DNA of 64,000 bases. It comes from an uncultured delta proteobacterium (GTDB lineage: Bacteria; Myxococcota; Kuafuiibacteriia; Kuafuiibacteriales; Kuafuiibacteriaceae). Positions within the stretch are counted from its first letter, which is position 1. Each line of letters opens with the position of its first letter. The notes beneath the pieces were generated by a model. The model did no database searches. It was not told where the DNA came from and saw only the letters and a list, made by a program, of their open reading frames with translations. The position numbers and the translations under genes are program-made. The DNA lies in assembly GCA_963803435.1 (NCBI GenBank), contig CAWDML010000001.1, forward strand, positions 2,592,001 to 2,656,000, in the 5' to 3' direction. Shown here piece after piece: positions 1 through 14,329 of the stretch.

Positions 1-2185
1 GATCCGCTCGGGCTCCAGGTCCTGGCTACCCTCGAGCGTCAGCGCCACTCCGGCCACCGGCGAGCTCGCCGAGAGGTCGAGGTAGGTCTCGGAGAGCGTG
101 GGCTGGCGGAACGCGGTACCCGCCGAGATCCGGATCGCCTGCTCCTTGGAGAGCTTGAACACCAGCGCCGCGCGAGGCGAGAAGAGCGGTCCGATAATCG
201 GGTGCAGATCGAGGCGGGCCGAGAAGATCACCGTGAAGAACTCGATCGGCGTCCACGAGTCCTGGAGAAACACGGCGAAGTGGTTCTCGTTCTGGGTGCC
301 GATCAGATAGTCCCACTCGATCCGCTTGAAGCGGTACTCGCCGCCGAGGACCAGCTGGTGCTTGCCGAGCAGCTCGAACTCGGGGCGGAACACCGGCTCG
401 AAGCTGACCAGGTCGGACAAGACGTGCGACCCCAGATCGGGGAGACCGGTGCGGAAGAACTGCGGCGTGGACTCGGCGTCCGTGCGGTTCCAGAAGGCGC
501 GCACCGCCAGAAGGTCGCTGCCGTAGCCGGCGCGCACGTTGTACTCACGGCTGTCGACGGCCTGGTTCCTCAGCGCGGCCACGCCGTAGATCTCGTTGAA
601 GCCGCTGCGCGCGCCGCCGCCCAGGTAGATGCGCCCGAGATCGCCCTCGAAGTTGTACTCGGCCTCGCCGTCGACGCGGAGCATCTCGAGCGATTTGTTC
701 GGGTCGTCGACGTTGGTGGTGTAGTCGACGCGACCGGGGTCGAACTCGAGCTCGTACTTGTCCGCACGATCGTACCCGAGGCTGATCCGGTAGCCGACCG
801 GACCACGCCGCTCGCCGTACTGATAGGCGGCCTCGACCCGCCCGCCGTTGCCGCCCGCGGCCTCGGCGGTCGAGCCCTTCAGCTCCTCGGGGCGCTTCGT
901 GATGATGTTGACCATCCCGGTGTACGCATACGCGCCGTAGATCGCGGAGCCCGGCCCGCGCACCACCTCGATGCGCTCGATGTCGTCGAGCCCGATCATG
1001 AGGGCCCGCCAGAGCATGCCGCCCAGAAAGTCCTGATAGACCGTGCGGCCGTCGACCAGCACCAGCACCTTGTTGGCGATGCGCCGGTTGAAGCCGCGGA
1101 CCGCGACGTTGTAGTCCGAGTACGACATCTGGATCACGTCCACGCCGGGGACACGCCGGAGGAGATCGGGAATGCTGCGGGCGCCCGAGAGTCGGATGTC
1201 CTCCTCGGTGAGGATGGTGACGGCGGCCGGCGAGACCAGCGGATTCTCCGCGCGCCGCGACGCGGTGACCACCACCGGCTCGTACACCTCCCCGGTCTTG
1301 GCCGGCAGCTGCACGTCGGCGCCCGCGATCCCGATCGAAGCGGTCGCCACCTCCACCTCGGCCGTGACCTCGGACCCGCCGGTCGGCTCCGGAGGCTCGG
1401 CGAGCTCCGGTGGTGGCGGTGGCGGCGGCGCGGGGAACGCACCTTCGGCCTTGAGCTTGTCGATGAGCAGCGAGGCCAGCCGATCGAGTTGCTCGTCGTC
1501 CAGCTTCTGCGATCCGACCTCGGCCGGCGGCTCCTTGCCGTGCCGCTTGCGGTCCGGCGGGCGGCGGCGGCGGCGCCTTCTTCTTCACGACCGCGACGGT
1601 ACGGCTCCGCTCGTCGAGCCTCCGCCTCAAGCGCCGGATGCGGCTCTGCACCTTCGACGCGTCCCGGGGGCTCGACTGCAGATACGCGCGATAGGTCTCG
1701 ATCGCGCGCTCGAGATCGCCCGAGTCCTCGTAGGCGCGACCGATGTTGAAGAGGATGTTCGGGTGCGGGCGCTGCTCGTAGGCCTGCCGGAGATAGCCGA
1801 TGCCCTCCTCGTACCGCTTGCGCTTGATCTCGGACATGCCGTGATCGACCAGGCTGCGGAGCTGCTGTCGCGTCCGGAGCTCGTCGAGCGTCGACTTCAC
1901 CCGTGCCCGGTCCGGCGGATCGGTCGCCTGGTAGCGCTCGAAGTAGTCGATCGCCGTGTCGTAGTCTCCGAGCGAGGCGTAGGCCCGGGCGATGTTGAAG
2001 AGCACGTTCCGGTGCGGTCGGATCTCGTACGCCTTCTGGAGCTGGTCGATCCCGTCGCGGTATTGACCGCCGTCGATCAGCTCCATCCCGCGGATGAAGT
2101 AGCGTCGGGCCTCCGCCTTGGAGTCGGCACGAGCCTCTCGCGCGGCGCAAAGCGTGAACAGCAGGATGAGGATCGCGCGCCGCAT
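1..2185 (-). CDS. TonB-dependent receptor with N-terminal TPR domains; one indel near 1560; runs off the left edge
   Basis: Signal peptide MRRAILILLFTLCAAREARA, then two TPR modules (…LFNIARAYASLG…, …LFNIGRAYEDSG…). The alternate frame gives the plug domain VVVTASRRAENPLVSPAAVTILT…LRRVPGVDV…NKVLVLVDGR…IERIEVVRGPGSAIYG…GMVNIITK. Confidence 0.85.
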
Positions 2186-4041
2186 GCGAAGTGGGGACGT
2201 TAGTACGGATTCTCTTTGTAGTCTTCCGGGCCCTGGTCGTCCGTCTTCGGACGCATGCGAACGCTGATGTCGATGCTCGCGCTGTCGAGGGCCGCCTCGT
2301 GGACCTCGTCGTGATGACCCATCAGCTTGAGCACGAATTGCTCCGGAGGTTCGCCGGGCAGCGCACGGGGAAGGTTCACTGTCAGCGGCGTGTGGCCGAG
2401 CGAGACACCATCCTGGAACACTTCGGCGCCCGGGGGCATCGAGGTAAAGCGCACTCGAGCCTTCTCCGGAACCGGATCCGCCTGGACCAGCGGCGGGGGG
2501 GCGGCGACGGTGGGGGTGGGCGCGGGACGGGACATCACGTACGCGAGCACGCCGAGCACCAGCACGAGCGCGCTTCCCGCGACCAGCGGCGCCATGCGCG
2601 CCAACCCTGCGCCCGAGCCCCGGACCAGCCGTGCCTGCTGCATCACGCTGTTGGTCGGGTTCGCGTCCTCGTGGAGCGCGCCGTCCACGAAGGCCGCCTC
2701 GCGCGGAACCTCGGTGGCGCGCACGCGCGCATGGGTCTGCGGGCGGGAGACCGACAGCGAGATGTCGTCGGTCGAGGCCGCTCCGGACACCGAGACGTCG
2801 GGCCCGCGCAGCTTCAACCCGAGGCCGGTCTCGCTCGCGTTGCTGACCCCGGTGAGGAGCTTGCGAACATCCTTGAGCCGGACCAGCAGCTCGGCCATCG
2901 ACTCGTAGCGCTCCTCGCGCCGCTTCGCCAGGCACTTGCGGATCGCCTCCTCCAGCTCGTGCGGGACGATCACGCCCGGCGCCGCCTCGGACATCGGCGG
3001 CACCGGATGGTTCACGTGCTTGTAGATCACCTCGACGCTGGTGGCGCCGGTGAACGGCGGCTTCGCCGTACACATCTGGTACATGAGCACGCCCAGCGAG
3101 TAGACGTCCGTGCGCGGATCGAGCGGGATGGCCTGGATCTGCTCGGGCGACATGTACTTCGGCGATCCGAGGAACATGCCGGCCTTGGTGAGCTCGCCCT
3201 CGGAGGTGGGGCCCGGCGTCAGCGGCTCCACGGCGGACTGCGATCGCCCCAGCTCGGCGGGGATGAAGAGCTTCACCAGGCCGAAGTCGAGCACCTTCAC
3301 GAAGTCGGCGTCGTCGCCCTCCTCGAGCAGGAGGATGTTTCCAGGCTTGAGATCGCGATGGATGATGCCCTTGCTGTGCGCCTCCCGGAGCGCCCGACAG
3401 ATCTGCATCGCGATGTGCATCGTGCGCTCGGCGCCGAACGGTCCCTCGGCCGTGATCACCTTCGAGAGCGGACGGCCCTTGAGGTACTCCATCGCGATGA
3501 AGAGCTCGCCCGACTCGGCCTCGCCGTAGTCGAAGACCGTGATCGTGTTCGGATGCGTGAGGCGGGCGGCGGACGCGGCCTCGAGGAAGAAGCGGCGGAC
3601 GAACTGCGGATCCTTCCGCTGGAACTCCGGGTTGAGGATCTTGACGGCCACCGGCCGATTCAGCGGGAACTGGGTGGCTCGGTAGACGCGCCCCATGCCG
3701 CCCTTGCCCACCAGCTTGTCGAGTCGATAGCGGCCGACCAGCGTCTCACCGAGCCGCGGATCTTGGGCCACCTCCACCGCCGACTCGTCCTCCGGTCGCT
3801 CCGACAACACCTCCGCGCGCGACACGCGCACCGCGGAGCTGGAGTCGTCACCGATCATGTCGATCGGGAGGGAATCTCCGCTCGCAGCGCCCGATGGGCT
3901 CGTGTCCTCTTCCTCCATCGGCGCCCGCGGCGGGGGAATTTTGTCCTTGGGGTGCATGAGGGTGCACGTAGGCGTAATCCCACTAATTGCACGGTTCGGG
4001 CGAGGACTGCAAATCCCAATTCGGGTAGGCCGGAGTGAGCG

Positions 4042-5856
<1,815 letters not shown>

Positions 5857-5860
<4 letters not shown>

Positions 5861-6873
5861 CCAAGAAGAAGAGCGCGAAGCTGCAGCTCCGCTATTCGCC
5901 CTCGGTCCGCCTCACCGAGGTGCGGAACCTGCTCAACTCCACCGGCGGCTGCAGCGTCTACGACATCGCAGGAGCGCCTCGGCGTCAGCGTGCGCACGGC
6001 CCATCGCTACCTCCGGGCGCTCGAGGAGGCGGGCGAGCAGCTCTACGACGAGATGGAGGGCCACCGGAAGGTCTGGCGCCTGATGCCGAGCGCGCGCCGC
6101 AGCACCATCCGACTCACCACCAGCCAGATGGTGTCGCTGTACCTCTCGCGGCGCGTCTTCGACTTCCTCGAGGGCACCGGCTTCAAGGAGGACCTCGAGG
6201 AGATCTTCGCGGAGCCTCGAGATCATGCTCAAGAAGAAGGACTTCGTGGCCGCGCGGAACCTGGATCGCAAGCTCTTCGACGTGAACGAGGCGCCCTATC
6301 AGTATCAGGGCCGGCTCGACGACGTGAACGACATCGTCACCGCGCTGGTGCGGAACGAGCGGCTCAGCGTCTCCCACAACAGCGTCTCGAAGAGCCGCAA
6401 GGAGTTCGTCGTCGATCCCTACACGCTGCTCGTCTACAAGAAGGGGCTCTACCTCCACGGCTACAGCCACCATCACGAGAGCCAGCGGACCTTCGCGCTG
6501 GACGGCTTCACGCAGATCGACTGGAGAAAGGGTGACGCGTTCGAGTATCCGAAGGACTACCAGCCGTCGAAGGAGTTCCGCGGACACTTCGGGTTGTTCA
6601 AGGGCCCCAAGACGAAGGTACGGATCTTCTTCGACGAGAAGGTGAAGCGCTTCGTGATGCGGAGGAAGTGGCATCCGAAGCAGCAGATCAAATCGGTCAG
6701 CGGCGGCGTGGAGTTCTCCACGGAGGTCGAGGGGACGACCGAGCTCGAGAGCTGGGTGCTCAGCTTCGGCGACAAGGCGGAGGTCCTCGAGCCGGCCTCG
6801 CTGCGCGAGTCGAATCGCGCGCCAGCTGGCGCAGGCCAAGGAGAGGTACGACGCGCGGCCTCAGAGATCGTAG
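5857..6873 (+). CDS. HTH-WYL-WCX transcriptional regulator (PafB/C, DriD-like), frameshifted
   Basis: HTH …GVSVRTAHRYLRALEEAG; WYL domain VDPYTLLVYKKGLYLHGY…RTFALDGF; WCX WVLSFGDKAEVLEPASLR. The GTG start overlaps the ggt stop. Confidence 0.85.
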
Positions 6874-8657
6874 GCGAAGCCGAGCCACATGCGCGCCAGG
6901 ATCGAGTCGCCGATGCCGGTGATCGGGACGTAGACGCCGCCCCCCAGCTCGAACCCGGTCAGCCTGACCACGAGATAGAGCCCGAGGTCGACCGCGTGCG
7001 GTGAGCTGTCGCGGCGCTCCTCGAACAGCATGACGTCCTCCGTCGAGCTCCCTGCGTCCGGCGCGATCAGCCGTGAGAACTTGCGGAAGACGTACAGCCC
7101 CTCGCCACCAAGCGCGTACTCGAGCGCCTGCCCGGTCAGCCCGACCTCGGCGGCGAGCGCGGCCGGGATCTCGAAGACCGCGGGGCCGGTGCCCGAGCCA
7201 GGGTAGTACAGGAAGCCGGCCCGCAGGTTGCCGCGGAAGAACCAGCCGTTCTCGGCGGACGCGCGGTTGGTCGGCCACTGCAAATCGAACAGCCCGCCAT
7301 AGCCGATCAGACGGTCCACGCAGGTGCTCTGCGAGCCGCTCTTCTCGGCGTGGAGACAGAGGATCCCGAGCATCGCCTGGCCGCCGACGCGAAGGCCGAT
7401 CCCGGGTGGGGCTGTCTCGCGCGCGGTGGTCGGCTCACCTCCGCCGCTCTCCGCTACGTAGGACTTCCTCAGCTGGGCCTCGATCGCGATCGTCTGGCGC
7501 TCGGCGACGGAGATCGGCCCTTCCCATCCACCCACCCCTTCGCTGACGACGCGGAGCGATCGCGCGCAGACGTTCACCTTGATCAGGTCCGGCGCGCGTC
7601 CTGCCAGCTTGCCGTCGACATAGACGTCCGCGTGGGCCGCGTTGCCGTCCTCGTCGACCGCCGAGACGTCGATCGCGCCCTCCCGCGGGACGGCCTCGAT
7701 GTCGATCGACTCGCCGTGCCCACGCACCACGGTCACGCGCTTGCGGCTGGGAAAGTAGCAGTCGTCCGCGAGCTCGATCAGGTGCTCGCCCGGCTCGAGA
7801 TCCGGGGTGAGCGGCGTGCGCCCAGCCTCGCGCCCGTCGATGCGAATCGCGAGCTCGGCGGGCTCCGAGCGGACCTCGAGCTGGGAGAAGTTGGGCTCGA
7901 GCGCCCACGCGATCTCGCTGCCGTCCTCGACGTAGACCTCCTCGGTCCGCGACGAGTAGCGCTCCTTCTGCATCGAGATCACATGCTTGCCCAGAGAGAG
8001 CGTCCGGCGGCACCCGGCGGAGGAGTCCTGACACGCGAGCTCACCGTCGATCTGGACCAGCGCGCCCGGAGGCTCGGAGCGGAAGGACGCGATCACGCGC
8101 TTCTTGGCACCCGGGTCCCACCGATCGGGGCCGGCGGCCTCGAGCTCGGACTGCGCGCGGTCGGCCTTCAACCGGATCGCGACCTTCTCCAGGGTGAGCG
8201 CCAGCGACTCCTCGGTACAGTCACCCTTGGCGTGCTCGGCGCGATCGGTGGTCTCGGTACGGAGGTCGAACAGCGTGGAGGTGACGATGCACTGCGCACC
8301 CACCTGGATGATCTTGGTGGTGACCAGCTTTGAGGCGGACACCGCCTTGCCGATCTCGATCTGACACGCTTCGTCGAAGCACTCCTGATAGGTGGCCCGC
8401 TTCGCGTCCACCATCGCGCGGCGGAGCCCGCTCTGCGGAACGACCTTGAAGGCCCCGCCCTCGGCCAGGAAGTTCTCCAGCAGATCCGTGAGAGCGGTGA
8501 GCTTTCCTTCCGGGAGCTTGGCCGGTGAGATCCGCAGGTCCTGGACCTCGAAGACCGCGACCACCGGCGCCTCGGAGGCGACCGCGGCCGGGCCCCACAA
8601 CGTCAGTGCGGAGGCGAGCAAGAGCGCGCGCACGGCGCGGATGGTACGGACTTCCAC
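6861..8657 (-). CDS. exported PEGA-domain protein (start approximate)
   Basis: Signal-like N-terminus; DUF2380/TolB-N-like segment (CFDEACQIEIGKAV); repeated PEGA units (RSEPPGALVQIDG, RSEPAELAIRIDGREAGRTP, VYVDGKLAGRAP); beta-strand-rich C-terminus. Confidence 0.75.
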   Translation of the reverse strand: MEVRTIRAVRALLLASALTLWGPAAVASEAPVVAVFEVQDLRISPAKLPEGKLTALTDLLENFLAEGGAFKVVPQSGLRRAMVDAKRATYQECFDEACQIEIGKAVSASKLVTTKIIQVGAQCIVTSTLFDLRTETTDRAEHAKGDCTEESLALTLEKVAIRLKADRAQSELEAAGPDRWDPGAKKRVIASFRSEPPGALVQIDGELACQDSSAGCRRTLSLGKHVISMQKERYSSRTEEVYVEDGSEIAWALEPNFSQLEVRSEPAELAIRIDGREAGRTPLTPDLEPGEHLIELADDCYFPSRKRVTVVRGHGESIDIEAVPREGAIDVSAVDEDGNAAHADVYVDGKLAGRAPDLIKVNVCARSLRVVSEGVGGWEGPISVAERQTIAIEAQLRKSYVAESGGGEPTTARETAPPGIGLRVGGQAMLGILCLHAEKSGSQSTCVDRLIGYGGLFDLQWPTNRASAENGWFFRGNLRAGFLYYPGSGTGPAVFEIPAALAAEVGLTGQALEYALGGEGLYVFRKFSRLIAPDAGSSTEDVMLFEERRDSSPHAVDLGLYLVVRLTGFELGGGVYVPITGIGDSILARMWLGFAYDL

Positions 8658-8721
8658 CCGGTTTGTCTGTGCGATCCACTCAAGGCCGACCTCATTTGAT
8701 CCGATCCACCGATCGGCCCTG

Positions 8722-10113
8722 ATGCGCGACAACACCCAGCAGGAGAACTACGTCGAGATCTCGCGCCGCCTCAACACGATCACCACGGTCGGCGCCGGAA
8801 TCATCAGCGTGCTCATGACGTTGGCGTGCTGGGGCGCCTGGCGTAACCTCGTCATCGTCGGCGCCATCCAGCTCGCGCTGGTGCCTTTCAACGCCTTCGC
8901 GACCATGGTCCTGCTCCGCCGCTGGGGTGCGCGACCGACCGAGACCCTCCGGACCGCGGTCAACATGGGGGCCACGCTGATCAGCTGCCACTACGCCGGC
9001 TGGCCGTTCCCGATGTGGCTCTGGCTCCCCTTCGTCGCCCTCGCCTTCGATCAGGCCGATCCTCGGATCTCGTGGGGCATGGTCGTCGTGCTGAGCATCG
9101 GCGTCGACCTCTCCGCGCTGAGCGCCGGCCGCCCCTCGATCGAGCTCGCGAGCTTCACTTTCCTCGCGATCTTCTGCATGACCATCTCGACCGCCAAGCA
9201 CCACATCGTCCGCGACATGCTCTTGAAGTCCGACCGACAGCGGAAGGAGCTCGAGCACGCCCAGGCGGAGACGGAGCGGCAGATCCACGCACGCGAGTTG
9301 ATCGAGGTCGAGCTCAGGCATTCGCAGAAGCTCGAAGCCATCGGCCGGCTGGCGGCGAGCATCGCGCACGAGATCAACACGCCCGTCCAGTTCGTGAACG
9401 ACAGCCTCAACTTCGTGCAGGGCGCGGGCACCGACCTCCTGGCGCTGATCGAGCGCTACCGGAGCGAGCACCCCACCACCCCCGAGCGAACGGCCGCCGA
9501 AGCCGAGTTCGATCTCGAATACATCGCCGACAACCTGCCGAAGGCGTGCGAGCGCTCGATGGAAGGGCTGGCGCGGATCGCCTCCATCGTCCGCTCGATG
9601 AAGGCCTTCGCACACCCCGATCAGACGGTGATGGCCCCCGCCGAGATCAACGGCGCAATCGAGAGTACGCTCACGATCGCGCGGGGCGAGTACAAGCAGG
9701 TCGCGGACATCGTCACGGAGCTCGGCGAGCTTCCGCTCGTCACGTGCCACGTCGGCGAGGTCAACCAGGTCCTGCTCAACCTCCTCGTCAATGCCGCCCA
9801 CGCGATCGAAGACGTGGTCGGTCCCAGCGGCGGCCGGGGTCGAATCACGATCCGGACGCGGGCGGAGAACGACCAGGTGCTCATCTCCGTCTCCGACACC
9901 GGAGCCGGCATTCCCGCGGCGATCCGGGACCGCGTCTTCGAGCCGTTCTTCACGACCAAGGCGGTCGGACGCGGAACGGGTCAGGGCCTCGCGATCGCCC
10001 GCTCGGTGATCGCGAAGCACGGCGGCACGCTCACGTTCGAGTCGACCCCCGGGACGGGTACCACGTTCCGCATCCTCCTGCCTGTCGAGCCGGCCAAGCT
10101 GCGGGCCGCCTGA
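8722..10113 (+). CDS. membrane sensor histidine kinase (NtrB-like)
   Basis: Multiple TM helices; H-box [12 protein letters not shown]; N-box NLLVNAAHA; G1 DTGAGI; F-box FEPFFTTK; G2 GTGQGL. Confidence 0.93.
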   Translation: MRDNTQQENYVEISRRLNTITTVGAGIISVLMTLACWGAWRNLVIVGAIQLALVPFNAFATMVLLRRWGARPTETLRTAVNMGATLISCHYAGWPFPMWLWLPFVALAFDQADPRISWGMVVVLSIGVDLSALSAGRPSIELASFTFLAIFCMTISTAKHHIVRDMLLKSDRQRKELEHAQAETERQIHARELIEVELRHSQKLEAIGRLAASIAHEINTPVQFVNDSLNFVQGAGTDLLALIERYRSEHPTTPERTAAEAEFDLEYIADNLPKACERSMEGLARIASIVRSMKAFAHPDQTVMAPAEINGAIESTLTIARGEYKQVADIVTELGELPLVTCHVGEVNQVLLNLLVNAAHAIEDVVGPSGGRGRITIRTRAENDQVLISVSDTGAGIPAAIRDRVFEPFFTTKAVGRGTGQGLAIARSVIAKHGGTLTFESTPGTGTTFRILLPVEPAKLRAA

Positions 10114-10120
10114 GCAAGGT

Positions 10121-10579
10121 TCACTCGACTGGCTTCCAGGCGTCGTACTTTTGGGCGGGCGCCGGCCCGGCCCAGACCTGGATCCCCACCATCTTCGCGG
10201 GCCCGTTCTGGAACGAGACCTCGGCGTCGGGCGGCATGTAGATGGTGGCTCCAGGGGTGACGTCGTACGGCTTGCCGTCAATCAGGATCGAGCCGCTGCC
10301 CTCGAGGACGTGGACGTACTCCTCGGTGGCGTCCCGATGCTTCGGGACCTGGGCCCCCGGATCCATCTCCAGCTTGCCCAGGAACGCGTTGTTGCCCTGG
10401 GCCAGGATGAAGACGCGCGCGTGGCCCGACGGCGCGATCCGAACCGGAGCGTCCTCGAGCGGGATCACCGCTGGCTCGCCAGGCCGCATGGCCGCGAGCG
10501 GTCCTGGGGAGACCGCGGTGGCGGCCGAACCCGCGCAGGCGCCGAGGAGGAAGACGATCACGACGTTCATGCGTCCCAT
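10121..10579 (-). CDS. exported cupin domain protein
   Basis: Cupin motifs PKHRDATEEYVHVLEGSG and PGATIYMPPD; hydrophobic N-terminus. Confidence 0.8.
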   Translation of the reverse strand: MGRMNVVIVFLLGACAGSAATAVSPGPLAAMRPGEPAVIPLEDAPVRIAPSGHARVFILAQGNNAFLGKLEMDPGAQVPKHRDATEEYVHVLEGSGSILIDGKPYDVTPGATIYMPPDAEVSFQNGPAKMVGIQVWAGPAPAQKYDAWKPVE

Positions 10580-10619
10580 GCGTGGTGAGTAGCCCATCCT
10601 GGGCTATGCTTGAAGATCG

Positions 10620-12038
10620 ATGCGCTCGCGGCTCCCGCTCCTCACGCTGTTGCTCTGGCTGGGCGCTTGCACCGCGGATCCCGCCCCGGACGACGCCGGC
10701 CGAACGGACGCGGGACGCGCGGACGCAGCCGCTCAGGGCGACGCCGGCGGCGGTGAGGACGCGACTGACGGACAGGACGCCGCGCCCGGCGACGGCGGCG
10801 GCGGGGACAGGGACGCGACCGTCGGGGACGGCGGAGGCAGGGACGCGGGCCGCGACGCCGGCGTCGACGCGGGATCGATCGACGGCGGCTTCCTCCCCAG
10901 CTTCACGCAGCGTCCGATCGACACGTCGTTCACCCACGGCCAGGCCGTCACGATCGTCGACATCGACGACGACGGCGACCTCGACGTTCTCACCGCCATC
11001 AGCCTCGACGATACCGTGCGCCTCCACCTCAACAACGGCGGCGGCAGCAGCTTCGACACGGTCGAGGTTGCGCAGCCCGGGACCATCGTGGCGATGCACG
11101 CGATCGCGGTGGATCTGGACGGCGACGCGGACCTGGACGTCGCCGCGGTGGGGTTGTTCGATCGCAGCCGCGGCTTCGGCTCACCCGGGCAGGTGGCCTG
11201 GTACGAGAACACCGGCGACGTCGCGTCCGGCTGGGTCACACACCCGATCACCGGCCTCACCTTCTGGGGTCCGCGGTACCTCGCCGCCGGCGACCTGACC
11301 GGCGACGGCGCCGCGGATCTGGTGGTGGGGGCGCTCCAGACCGCCGACGACAACGGCACCGAGCAGGGCAACGGGATCCACCTCTTCCGGAACACCGGCG
11401 GCGCCTTCGAGGGCCCCACCGCGATCGACGCCACGCTGCGCGGGCTCGCGGTCGTTCTGATCCACGACGTCGACGGCAACGGTGTCCTCGACGTGATCGC
11501 TGCCGGTAACGTGGCCGGCGAGATCGCCTGGTACGAGAACCAGCGGCCGCCCGGCGTGATCCAGACGAACCCGACCTTCCTCAAGCACACGCTGTTCTCG
11601 ATCTCCAGCCCAGGAGGGCTGGCGCTCGCCCAGGCGGACGCGGATCCCGAGCTCGAGCTGATCGCGACCGGCGACAACGGCAGCGGCGGCCTCATCACCT
11701 GGCTCGATCCCCCGGCCGATCCCAGAAGTCCGTGGACCTCGCATCCGATCGCGCAGGACTTCGGTGCGGCCAACGCCGCGCGCGTGGCGGCGCTCGATCT
11801 CAACCTCGACGGCCGGATCGACGTGGCCGCCAGCAGCAACGACGCCGCCGCGGTGCGGGCCTATTTAGACGACGGCGCCGGAGGATGGATCGAGCGCACC
11901 GTCATCGAGCCGTTCGAGGGCGTCGACTTCGTCGCGGGCGGAGACATCGACGGCGACGGCATCCCGGACCTCGTCACCACCACCTACTCCCACGATCCCA
12001 ACTTCGATCGCGTCGACTGGTGGCGCACGCGCCCGTAA
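10620..12038 (+). CDS. FG-GAP/VCBS repeat lipoprotein
   Basis: Lipobox WLGAC; DAG-rich linker; repeated DxDGDGDxD units. Confidence 0.88.
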   Translation: MRSRLPLLTLLLWLGACTADPAPDDAGRTDAGRADAAAQGDAGGGEDATDGQDAAPGDGGGGDRDATVGDGGGRDAGRDAGVDAGSIDGGFLPSFTQRPIDTSFTHGQAVTIVDIDDDGDLDVLTAISLDDTVRLHLNNGGGSSFDTVEVAQPGTIVAMHAIAVDLDGDADLDVAAVGLFDRSRGFGSPGQVAWYENTGDVASGWVTHPITGLTFWGPRYLAAGDLTGDGAADLVVGALQTADDNGTEQGNGIHLFRNTGGAFEGPTAIDATLRGLAVVLIHDVDGNGVLDVIAAGNVAGEIAWYENQRPPGVIQTNPTFLKHTLFSISSPGGLALAQADADPELELIATGDNGSGGLITWLDPPADPRSPWTSHPIAQDFGAANAARVAALDLNLDGRIDVAASSNDAAAVRAYLDDGAGGWIERTVIEPFEGVDFVAGGDIDGDGIPDLVTTTYSHDPNFDRVDWWRTRP

Positions 12039-12043
12039 GAGCC

Positions 12044-12967
12044 ATGGCGCGCCGGACGTTCGAGGCGCAGCTCGAGCTCGTCGAGTCGCTGCGGAAGAAG
12101 CCGCCCCAGGAGGCGCTGCCCGAGCTCGAGCGGATGCTCCGGCACAAGAACAACCTCCTCGTCGCTCGTGCGGCCGAGGTCGCCGTCGAGCTGGGGATCG
12201 ACGCGCTGTTTCCGTCGATCGAGGGGGCGTTCTTCCGCTTCCTCCAGAACGGCGCCGAGACCGACAAGACCTGCCGCGCCAAGACAGCGATCGTGCGAGC
12301 CTTGCTCGCCGCCAATCATCGGGCCGATGAGGTCTGTCTCGCCGGGATCGCCCACGTACAGCTGGAGCCCGCGTGGGGCCCGCCCGAGGACACGGCGGTC
12401 GAGCTCCGCTGCCTGTGCGCCGACGCGCTGGTGAGGCTCCACGTTCCGGACGTGGTGGAGAAGCTCGCGATCCTCCTGGCCGACAAGGAGCGCGGTCCAC
12501 GAGCCGCCGCCGCCCGGGCGATCGGAGACACCGGCCGCCGCGAGGGTGTCGCGGTGCTCGAGCTCAAGGTCCTGATCGGCGACCCCGACCCGGAGGTCCT
12601 CACGGAGGCCTTCGCCTCCCTCCTGCGGCTGGCCCAGGACACGGTCGCGTTCGTCGAGCCCTTCCTCACCTCGGCCGATCCGGCGCTCGCCGAGTCGGCG
12701 GCTCTGGCCTTCGGCGAGGCCCGGATCGACGGCACGGAGAACATCCTGATCGACGCCGCCGAACGGCAGGTGCTCGGCCGCAAGGTCCTCTATCTGGCGC
12801 TGGCGATGATGCGGACCAAGGCCGCGATCGATCACCTGCTCGGCAAGATCGAGGGCGGCAGCGACGGCGAGGCGAAGGCGGCGATCGAGGCGCTGGAGAT
12901 CTTCCGGCACGACCAGGCGTTGATGGCGCGGGTGACCGCGCTGATGGAGGCGCGCGCCAGCGACTGA
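12044..12967 (+). CDS. HEAT-repeat protein
   Basis: All-alpha repeats (…LLVARAAEVA…, …RAAAARAIGD…, …AESAALAFGE…). Confidence 0.7.
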   Translation: MARRTFEAQLELVESLRKKPPQEALPELERMLRHKNNLLVARAAEVAVELGIDALFPSIEGAFFRFLQNGAETDKTCRAKTAIVRALLAANHRADEVCLAGIAHVQLEPAWGPPEDTAVELRCLCADALVRLHVPDVVEKLAILLADKERGPRAAAARAIGDTGRREGVAVLELKVLIGDPDPEVLTEAFASLLRLAQDTVAFVEPFLTSADPALAESAALAFGEARIDGTENILIDAAERQVLGRKVLYLALAMMRTKAAIDHLLGKIEGGSDGEAKAAIEALEIFRHDQALMARVTALMEARASD

Positions 12968-13188
12968 GCGCGGTCCTAGGCTCCTTGGCGGGCCACATCT
13001 TGAATCGGTCGAAGATGCTCGATCGGCCTCCCTGCTTGCGCGGGCGGTCGACAGTCCACAGCCGACAGCTTGGAGCCGGTCCGAAGACCTCCGGACCGTT
13101 CCGCGCTTCCTGTTTCGCTCGTTCTGCTCATTCGCTATTCAAAGCGGCCGTTGTTGCATCGTGCTCGATCGAGTGTTCTGCAGAGTCG

Positions 13189-13972
13189 ATGCAGGCAAGA
13201 TTCGCAAGTCTTCCGGACGCCCTGTGGAAACGCATTGAGCCGTGACTCCCGAAGCGACGTCCAAGGCCGCGGGGAGGTCGCCCGCGGGTTGCGGATCGCG
13301 TCGTGATGGCAGGTATCGTCTATCGCCTTCGGACAGGGTGCCAGTGGAAGGCCCTGCCGCGCGAGTTCAGCTCCGGTTCGACGTGCCACAGTCGATTCGC
13401 GGCATGGTGCGCAGCAGGGATCTTCACCGCGATCTTCGCTGAGCTGCTGCGGTACTACGACAGGAGGCGCGGCATACAGTGGAAGTGGACTTCACTCGAC
13501 AGCGCGATCGTCAAGGCTCCAAAAGGGGGGACCTGACCGGTCCGAACCCGACGGATCGAGCCAAGCGAGGCGTGAAGCGTCACGTGCTCACGGATGGTCG
13601 TGGTGTTCCGTTGGCGGCCGAGATCTCAGGCGCGAACGTGCACGACAAGTGGCGGGTGGAGCAGACGCTCGACGGCGTCGTCCTACGGGGCTCCCGCGGT
13701 CCACGACGGCCGGAGCACCTCTGCCTGGATAAAGGCTACGACTACGCGGATGTCGAGGCCGCCATTCGAGCGCGCCGGATCAAACCGCCTATCCGCCGCC
13801 GCGGCGAGCCTGCACTCGCTGGCTGTGTCCGCGGTAGGCCGCGGCGCTGGGTTGTCGAGCGCACGAACGCTTGGCACAACCAGTTCCGCGCATGACTCGT
13901 GCGGTGGGAACCAACTATCTCGGGCTGGTTCATCTTGCGTGCGCGATCATCGCGTTCCAGCAGGCTCGATGA
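13189..13972 (+). pseudogene. IS5-family (IS427/IS1031-like) transposase pseudogene
   Basis: LPDALWKRIEP, GIVYRLRTGCQWKALP, DSAIVKAPKGG, slippery AAAAGGGGGG at ~13521, LDKGYD, RWVVERTNAW. In-frame stops at 13243 and 13893. Confidence 0.88.
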
Positions 13973-14307
13973 CTTCCCTGATCGAGCCTTCGCCGTCTTG
14001 ATGGAGCTCGTCAGAATCGCAGAGAGTTTGTTGGCCTCTCGGATCAGCGAAGCGATCTCCGCTCCCTGCATCAGCTCCGGATCGGCAAGACGCAACCATC
14101 CTTGCGAGCGACCGCCATCTTGTGGATGAAGTCGGCAAGGCTCTCGCCGCCACGCGCTTCCTCGTCATTCGCACCACCTCCGGATGAACACCGGATCAGC
14201 TGTCGGACAACGTGCTTGCCGGCAAAGTCGTTTGGGAACTCGCGGCAAAGCCGAAGTACACGCTTCGCAAACTTGAGCAGTCGTTCTGCGATGTCATCGC
14301 CCTTCAT
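13960..14307 (-). pseudogene. four-helix bundle protein (23S rRNA IVP family), frameshifted
   Basis: IAERLLKFAKRVLRLC…RQLIRCSSGGGANDEEARGGESLADFIHKM…LIREANKLSAILTSSIKT. Confidence 0.75.
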
Positions 14308-14329
14308 CGCCGGATCGAACAGCGAATGA

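Noticed and set aside
13960-14307. DGR accessory protein Avd
   Set aside because: It is a four-helix bundle, but there is no reverse transcriptase or TR/VR pair in the window; it fits the 23S rRNA IVP family.
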